From the NCBI GenBank assembly GCA_964445865.1, contig CAYULZ010000002.1, positions 1 through 36,966 of the forward strand: DNA of 36,966 bases. Direction: 5' to 3'. The translations under genes and the position numbers were made by a program. Each line of letters begins with the position of its first letter. Position 1 is the stretch's first letter. Below are positions 32,140 through 36,966 of this stretch, in pieces. Under the pieces are notes generated by a model, which worked only from the letters and a program-made list of their open reading frames with translations, had not been told where the DNA came from and searched no databases. The DNA comes from an uncultured Lachnospiraceae bacterium. Its GTDB lineage: Bacteria; Bacillota; Clostridia; Oscillospirales; CAG-272.

Positions 32140-33729
32140 ATGCTGTTTACCTCATACGGCTTCCTCGCCTTTCTCGTCCTGCTGTTTGCCGTCTATTATC
32201 TGGCGCCGCGCCGTTGGCAATGGGGCATTCTGCTCGTCGCAAGCTATTCGTTTTACGCCTTTGCGGGTTTGCAGTATCTGCTCTTTATCCTTCTGACGAC
32301 GCTTTCGTCGTATCTCGTCGCGCGCTTGATGGCTCGCGGCCACCGCAGAGAAGAGGACTATCTTTCTCTACATAAGGCAGATATGGAAAAGGACGCACGG
32401 AAGGCTTACAAGGCAAAAGAGAAGAAAAAGCGCTTCCGCATTCTTGTTTGCGGTCTCGTTCTCAATTTCGGCGTGCTTGCGGTGCTCAAATACACGGGCT
32501 TTGCTGTCTATAATCTTAACGGTCTGCTCGGCGCATTCGGGAAAGAGCCGTTGACGATTCCGTCGCTGCTCTTGCCGATGGGTATCTCCTTTTATACCTT
32601 CCAGACAATGGGATATCTGATCGACGTCTACCGTGCGAAGGTGACGGCCGAGAAAAATCCCGCGCGCCTTGCGCTCTTCGTCTCGTTCTTCCCGCAGCTC
32701 GTGCAGGGACCAATCTCGCGCTACGGCGACCTCGCCGAACAGCTTTACGCGCCGCATTCCTTTGACGGCCGTAGCTTTTCGAGCGGCCTTTGGCGCATTC
32801 TGTGGGGCTATTTCAAAAAGCTCGTCATCGCCGACCGCGTGCTCGTCGCTATGAACACCATGCTCGACGCGCCCGAGGAATTCCGCGGTGCTTACGTGGC
32901 GCTGCTGATCCTCTTGTATTCGGTGCAGATCTACGCCGACTTTACGGGCGGTATCGACATCACGATCGGTATTGCCGAGGCTCTTGGTATCCGCCTTGCC
33001 GAAAACTTCGAGCGCCCCTTCTCGTCGACCTCGACGAAGGAATATTGGCGGCGCTGGCACATCACGATGGGTACGTGGTTTACCGACTACGTCTTTTATC
33101 CCATTTCGGTCTGCCGTCCCATGATGAAGCTCTCTAAGTGGAGCCGCGCGAAGCTCGGCACGACCGTCGGCAAGCGCGTGCCCGTGTATCTTGCTACGAT
33201 CGTCACGTGGTTTTTGACCGGACTTTGGCACGGTGCGGGCTGGAACTTCATCGTGTGGGGACTTCTTAACTGCGCGGTGATCCTCGTCTCGCAGGAGCTC
33301 GAGCCGCTCTACCGCCGCTTCCATGAGAAATTCCCGCGTCTCGGCACGTCGCGTGCTTACCATGATTTTGCCGCCACGCGAACCTTCCTTCTGATGGGCC
33401 TGATCCGCTCGCTCGACTGCTATCGCAACGTCGGCATGAGCTTCCGTATGTGGGGCAGTATGCTCACGGTATGGAACTGGGGTGATCTCTTTGGCGGCGG
33501 AATTCTCGATCTCGGCCTTTCGGTCGCAGACCTCATCATTCTTGCGGTCGCGGTAGCCTTCGTATTTTTCGTCAGCCGCAGAGAGGCAAAGGGAAGCGTG
33601 CGCGATTGGCTCTGGGAGCGTCCCGTGCGTGCGTCGGCTATCGCCGTCGTGCTGCTGCTTTGCGTCGTAATGCTTGGTGCATACGGTCACGGCTACGACG
33701 CGTCGCAATTCATCTATAATCAATTTTAA
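32140..33729 (+). CDS. MBOAT-family membrane O-acyltransferase (AlgI/DltB-like)
   Basis: Multi-TM protein of 529 aa. PMGISFYTFQ, FFPQLVQGPI, YWRRWHITM and the catalytic-His region FLTGLWHGAGWNF are typical MBOAT motifs. Confidence 0.9.
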   Translation: MLFTSYGFLAFLVLLFAVYYLAPRRWQWGILLVASYSFYAFAGLQYLLFILLTTLSSYLVARLMARGHRREEDYLSLHKADMEKDARKAYKAKEKKKRFRILVCGLVLNFGVLAVLKYTGFAVYNLNGLLGAFGKEPLTIPSLLLPMGISFYTFQTMGYLIDVYRAKVTAEKNPARLALFVSFFPQLVQGPISRYGDLAEQLYAPHSFDGRSFSSGLWRILWGYFKKLVIADRVLVAMNTMLDAPEEFRGAYVALLILLYSVQIYADFTGGIDITIGIAEALGIRLAENFERPFSSTSTKEYWRRWHITMGTWFTDYVFYPISVCRPMMKLSKWSRAKLGTTVGKRVPVYLATIVTWFLTGLWHGAGWNFIVWGLLNCAVILVSQELEPLYRRFHEKFPRLGTSRAYHDFAATRTFLLMGLIRSLDCYRNVGMSFRMWGSMLTVWNWGDLFGGGILDLGLSVADLIILAVAVAFVFFVSRREAKGSVRDWLWERPVRASAIAVVLLLCVVMLGAYGHGYDASQFIYNQF

Positions 33730-33741
33730 CGGAAACGCACC

Positions 33742-34791
33742 ATGAAAAAACGAATTTTGATCTCGGTGTCGGCGACTCTCGTGCTCGTGCTTCTGCTCGG
33801 GTGCGCGCAGGCACTGGTAACACCGAAATATACCGATAATCCCGAGGGGGCGCTGATCGGAGAATATTACGCCTCTGGCCTTGACCACGACGTGCTCTTT
33901 ATCGGAGATTGCGAGGTCTATGAAAGCTTTGTTCCCACGGTTCTGTGGGAGGAATACGGCATTCGCTCGTACGTGCGGGGCAGTGCCCAGCAGCTTACGT
34001 GGCAATCCTACTACCTCTTGGAGGAGACCTTTCAATACGAAAAGCCCAAGACTGTGGTCTTCAACGTGTTGGCACTCAAATACGGTACGCCGCAGAACGA
34101 GGCCTATAATCGCATGACGCTCGACGGCATGAAGTGGTCGCGTATCAAATGGAACGCGATCCGTGCCTCGATGACCGAGGACGAGAGCATGGTGGACTAC
34201 CTCTTTCCGCTCTTGCGATTCCATTCGCGCATTACGTCGCTCACGGGCGATGATTTCCGATATGCCTTCCGCGCACCGACCGTCTCGCATAACGGTTATC
34301 TCATGCAGACGGGCATCGAGCCGATGACCGACGAGGACGTGTACGTTCGCGGTCTTTCGGATTATACGCTTCCCCCGACGGCGATGGAATACCTCGATAA
34401 GATGCGCCTGCTTTGTGAAGAAAATGGCGCGGAGCTGATCCTCATCAAATCCCCGACCAACTCGTGGGGCTATTGGTGGTACGATGAGTGGGACGCACAG
34501 GTGGTCGACTATGCCGCCGCGCACGGACTTTCCTATTATAATTTTATACCCGCGTGCGAGGAGATCGGGATCGATTGGCAGCGCGACACCTATGACCGCG
34601 GTGTTCACCTGAACGTCTACGGCGCGGAAAAAATGACGCGCTATTTCGGCAAGCTTCTCTGTGAAAAGCACGGCTATGAAGCGAACACGCCGCAAAAGGG
34701 AAGTGATCCTGCATGGGATGCGCGCGTCACATGCTATTACGAGCAGAAAACAGCGCTCGAACAAGAAACGAAAAAGGAGAATAACTCATGA
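33742..34791 (+). CDS. DltD/SGNH-fold-like lipoprotein with Cys at the expected nucleophile position
   Basis: Lipobox LLLGC. Block-I-like VLFIGDCEVYES (Cys57, codon TGC at 33910-33912). C-terminal YDRGVHLNVYGAEKM resembles the D..H block of SGNH/DltD proteins. Confidence 0.7.
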   Translation: MKKRILISVSATLVLVLLLGCAQALVTPKYTDNPEGALIGEYYASGLDHDVLFIGDCEVYESFVPTVLWEEYGIRSYVRGSAQQLTWQSYYLLEETFQYEKPKTVVFNVLALKYGTPQNEAYNRMTLDGMKWSRIKWNAIRASMTEDESMVDYLFPLLRFHSRITSLTGDDFRYAFRAPTVSHNGYLMQTGIEPMTDEDVYVRGLSDYTLPPTAMEYLDKMRLLCEENGAELILIKSPTNSWGYWWYDEWDAQVVDYAAAHGLSYYNFIPACEEIGIDWQRDTYDRGVHLNVYGAEKMTRYFGKLLCEKHGYEANTPQKGSDPAWDARVTCYYEQKTALEQETKKENNS

Positions 34792-35321
34792 CAATCAAAC
34801 GCATTGGCGTATGCCTGCTTTCTATGATTCTGCTTTTGTCGATGCTTCTTTGCACCGTCGCGTGCGATGAAAAAGCACCCGATGAGCCGAATGATACGGA
34901 TCGCCCCTCCGAAACCGAGCTCGGCGTCTATACCGTTCGCTATAACGGTACTGTCATTGAGCTTGGCAAGGACGCCACGGCCGTTCTCAAAAAGCTCGGT
35001 GACCCGACATCCAAGCAATTCGTCGCCTCGTGCGGCGAGGGCGCCGGAGATCAATGGCAGTATATGTACCCGTCGATCGTGCTCTTTACTGTCAAGAGTG
35101 AGGATAGCGAGACCGTAGATGCTGTGGCATTGCGCGATGACATCGGCAAAACGGGGAAGAATATTACCATTGGCTCGACCGAGGCCGAAATGATTGCCGC
35201 TTACGGCGAACCCACAAAGCAAGGACAGAAGCGCCGCTACACCGAGGGAAGCTATACGCTTGAATTTCAGGTGGACGACGCAGGCATCGTTACGGCGGTT
35301 GAAATTCGTGTGGAGAATTGA
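34788..35321 (+). CDS. Lipoprotein made of two tandem ~60-aa repeats
   Basis: AAGGAG SD and ATGA overlap with the previous gene. Lipobox LCTVAC. The repeats are GTVIELGKDATAVLKKLGDPTSKQ...IVLFTV...VDAVAL and KNITIGSTEAEMIAAYGEPTKQG...YTLEFQV...VTAVEI. Confidence 0.6.
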   Translation: MTIKRIGVCLLSMILLLSMLLCTVACDEKAPDEPNDTDRPSETELGVYTVRYNGTVIELGKDATAVLKKLGDPTSKQFVASCGEGAGDQWQYMYPSIVLFTVKSEDSETVDAVALRDDIGKTGKNITIGSTEAEMIAAYGEPTKQGQKRRYTEGSYTLEFQVDDAGIVTAVEIRVEN

Positions 35322-35335
35322 TTTTGTGAAGGTTG

Positions 35336-35367
35336 TTGCGGGAACTTTTCTTGAAAAGTTCCCGCAA
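35336..35367. other. 14-bp perfect hairpin without a U-tract
   Basis: TTGCGGGAACTTTT-CTTG-AAAAGTTCCCGCAA lies 15 nt after the operon's last stop codon. Neither strand has a T-run after it. Confidence 0.4.
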
Positions 35368-35416
35368 ACTCTTTCAAAAGCTTCCTTGAAATTGGTTTTC
35401 ATACCGAAAATATTGT

Positions 35417-35467
35417 CCCGCGTATTGGATCGAGACTCCAATGCGCGGGCATTTTGCTTGTTTTTTT
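35417..35467 (+). terminator. Intrinsic terminator
   Basis: CCCGCGTATTGGA-TCGAGAC-TCCAATGCGCGGG (13 bp, one G-U pair), followed by CATTTTGCTTGTTTTTTT. Confidence 0.8.
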
Positions 35468-35529
35468 GTCGATTTAGCACTGTTCACAAATAATTAACAA
35501 AAAATATTTGAGAAAAAACGAAAAACCTC

Positions 35530-35558
35530 TTGACAAAAGGGGCAAAACATGATAAATT
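35530..35558 (+). promoter_or_regulatory. Sigma-A promoter of the hrcA-grpE operon
   Basis: TTGACA (35530-35535), 17-nt spacer, TAAATT (35553-35558). Confidence 0.6.
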
Positions 35559-35569
35559 TTATACAGTGT

Positions 35570-35596
35570 TTAGCACTTAAAACTTATGAGTGCTAA
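35570..35596. promoter_or_regulatory. CIRCE operator (HrcA binding site)
   Basis: TTAGCACTT-N9-GAGTGCTAA differs from the consensus TTAGCACTC-N9-GAGTGCTAA at one position. It sits right after the -10 and upstream of hrcA. Confidence 0.9.
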
Positions 35597-35630
35597 AATT
35601 TACTAAAAAAACGGAAAGGGAGGACCATGC

Positions 35631-36710
35631 ATGGCAAGCGATCACAACCAATTAAGCGAACGGAAAAAACTGATCCTGAAGGCGATCGTCGAAGCACATA
35701 TCGAAGGCGGCGAGCCCGTCGGATCCAAGTATATCATGCAAAACAACCTCCTCTCCTGCTCATCGGCAACCATTCGCAACGAAATGGCAGAGCTCGAGCA
35801 GCTTGGCTACCTGCAGCAGCCTCACACTTCGGCAGGGCGAGTGCCAAGTGAGCAGGGTTATCGCTTTTACGTGGATTCACTCGTCGAGCAATATGCAAGA
35901 ACGACACATGAGGTCGTGCAGATCAATCAGCTTCTGAAGGCCAAGATGCACGAGATCGACCAGATTCTCGAGATGGCCTCCAAGATGGCCTCGGCGATGA
36001 CCAACTATACGGGTATTGCCATCAAACCGAAGGCCTCGTCGGTGACGATGTCCAAGTTTGAGATCGTTTCGATCGATGAGAAGCAGTTTGCTATGGTTAT
36101 GATCACCTCGTCGGGCACGGTCAAGACCAAGAAGGTCAGCGTGCCGTCCGAGATCCCCACAGGCGCACTTAAGCAGCTCTCCGAGCTTCTCAATCGTGGC
36201 CTTTGCGGTCTGTCGGCCGATATGATCACGCTTCCTATTATTATGGAAATGGAAAACGAGATGGGCGACGCGGCTTTCCTCGTCAACCCCGCAGTCAAAT
36301 GTGTCTATGAAATCATGAATGAGATCGACGGCGGAGAGCTTCGCTTGTCGGGCCTCAATCATCTCTTGAAGTACCCCGAGTATTCGGATACGCAACAGTT
36401 CGGCCAGCTGCTCGGAACCTTAGAGAGTCAGGACGAAATTCTCGACCTTGTGTCGCAGTCGGATACCGACGACATTAACGTGCTGATCGGATCGGAAAGC
36501 CCCGTGAAGGTCATGAACAATTCGTCGCTCGTGTTCAAGCCGATCAAAAAGAACGGCCACACGGTCGGCGTCATCGGTATTCTCGGCCCGCGCCGTATGA
36601 ATTACCGACAAGTGCTGCAGACCATCGATGAGATCAGCGGAAGCATCGCCGACATGATCAACGAGCCACCCAATCAATTAAAAGAAAAAGGAGAGAACCA
36701 TGGAGGATAA
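35631..36710 (+). CDS. hrcA: Heat-inducible transcription repressor HrcA
   Basis: LSERKKLILKAIVEAHIEGGEPVGSKYI...SSATIRNEMAELEQLGYLQQPHTSAGRVPSEQGYRFYVD. GGGAGG lies 8 nt upstream. Confidence 0.92.
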   Translation: MASDHNQLSERKKLILKAIVEAHIEGGEPVGSKYIMQNNLLSCSSATIRNEMAELEQLGYLQQPHTSAGRVPSEQGYRFYVDSLVEQYARTTHEVVQINQLLKAKMHEIDQILEMASKMASAMTNYTGIAIKPKASSVTMSKFEIVSIDEKQFAMVMITSSGTVKTKKVSVPSEIPTGALKQLSELLNRGLCGLSADMITLPIIMEMENEMGDAAFLVNPAVKCVYEIMNEIDGGELRLSGLNHLLKYPEYSDTQQFGQLLGTLESQDEILDLVSQSDTDDINVLIGSESPVKVMNNSSLVFKPIKKNGHTVGVIGILGPRRMNYRQVLQTIDEISGSIADMINEPPNQLKEKGENHGG

Positions 36711-36966
36711 TCAAAACCGCGAGACCGTAGTGCCCGAAACTCCCGTTGAAGAAACGGTAGCCGAGGCGACAGAGAATACCGTCGTCGAGGAAACGGTCGC
36801 GACCGAGGAAGCCGCAACGGAGGAAAAGGCCTCGGGAAAGGATAAAAAGAAGACCAAAAAGGCAGAGGCCGAGGTTGCCCGCCTTGGCAAGGAGCTTGCC
36901 GAGCGCGAGGCGAAGATCGCCGAGATGAACGATCAGTATCTGCGGGTCTGTGCCGAGTACGATAAC
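36700..36966 (+). CDS. grpE: Nucleotide exchange factor GrpE (5' part; runs off the window)
   Basis: Absent from the ORF track because there is no stop in the window. ATG 36700 follows AAAGGAGAG and overlaps the hrcA stop. It translates as MEDNQNRE...(acidic)...LGKELAEREAKIAEMNDQYLRVCAEYDN, matching the GrpE YLR..AE..N helix. Position is the canonical hrcA-grpE order. Confidence 0.85.
   Translation, partial: MEDNQNRETVVPETPVEETVAEATENTVVEETVATEEAATEEKASGKDKKKTKKAEAEVARLGKELAEREAKIAEMNDQYLRVCAEYDN

Noticed and set aside
32368-34764. 798-aa ORF on the minus strand, the longest in the track.
   Set aside because: It lies exactly antisense to the MBOAT and DltD-like genes, which have clear family motifs, SD sequences and TM/lipobox features. 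Its translation is Arg/His/Gly-rich low-complexity sequence with no motif. It is a shadow ORF produced by GC3-rich codon usage that avoids TTA/CTA/TCA.
1-36966. Scan for tRNA/rRNA genes, CRISPR repeats, IS/transposase, integrase, phage or toxin-antitoxin and defence-type genes.
   Set aside because: I saw no T-loop/acceptor-type sequence (GGTTCGAATCC-like), no regularly spaced direct repeats and no ORF with recombinase, nuclease-ATPase or toxin signatures. The window looks like core chromosome plus envelope-modification loci.

Overview
This is a chromosomal segment from a moderately GC-rich Firmicute. The Clostridia-like assignment is my inference from the gene order nusB-xseAB-ispA-tlyA-nadK-argR-recN, a CIRCE-controlled hrcA-grpE, sigma-A type TTGACA/TATAAT promoters and GGAGG ribosome-binding sites. 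I call 40 protein-coding genes (one is a partial grpE at the 3' edge, absent from the ORF track) plus promoters, intrinsic terminators and a CIRCE operator. I found no rRNA, tRNA, CRISPR array, transposase, integrase or phage structural genes. Layout: 1-453 is a structured non-coding region. 454-2948 holds a membrane-tethered XRE regulator, a creatininase-family enzyme, a tiny ORF and an Arg-rich membrane protein. 3062-8098 is a glycan operon (rfbF, rfbG, GtrB/CsbB-like GT2, chimeric lipoprotein). 8172-16915 is a long, translationally coupled housekeeping array. 16947-21487 holds argS, yebC, a MOP flippase and rplS. 21480-23207 (minus) is a lipoprotein/SGNH/4-TM operon. 23803-28230 (minus) is an AI-2E permease-htpG-degenerate prephenate-dehydratase-like-TSCPD operon. 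28354-29235 is ispE, and 35530-36966 is hrcA-grpE. The best candidate for an undescribed system is 29287-35321. It is a six-gene envelope-modification operon built like the Dlt pathway (adenylating enzyme, carrier protein, MBOAT, DltD/SGNH-like lipoprotein). It differs in gene order, has an AlgI-sized MBOAT, has Cys where the SGNH/DltD nucleophile Ser is expected, and adds a surface transglutaminase-like Cys protease and a tandem-repeat lipoprotein. Secondary items are a truncated CDP-deoxyhexose pathway joined to a polyprenol-phosphate GT, a codon-usage mosaic inside argS, a TsaD paralog wedged between nusB and xseA, and tandem structured RNA-like modules at the 5' edge. All family assignments come from motif recognition by eye; no database search was run.
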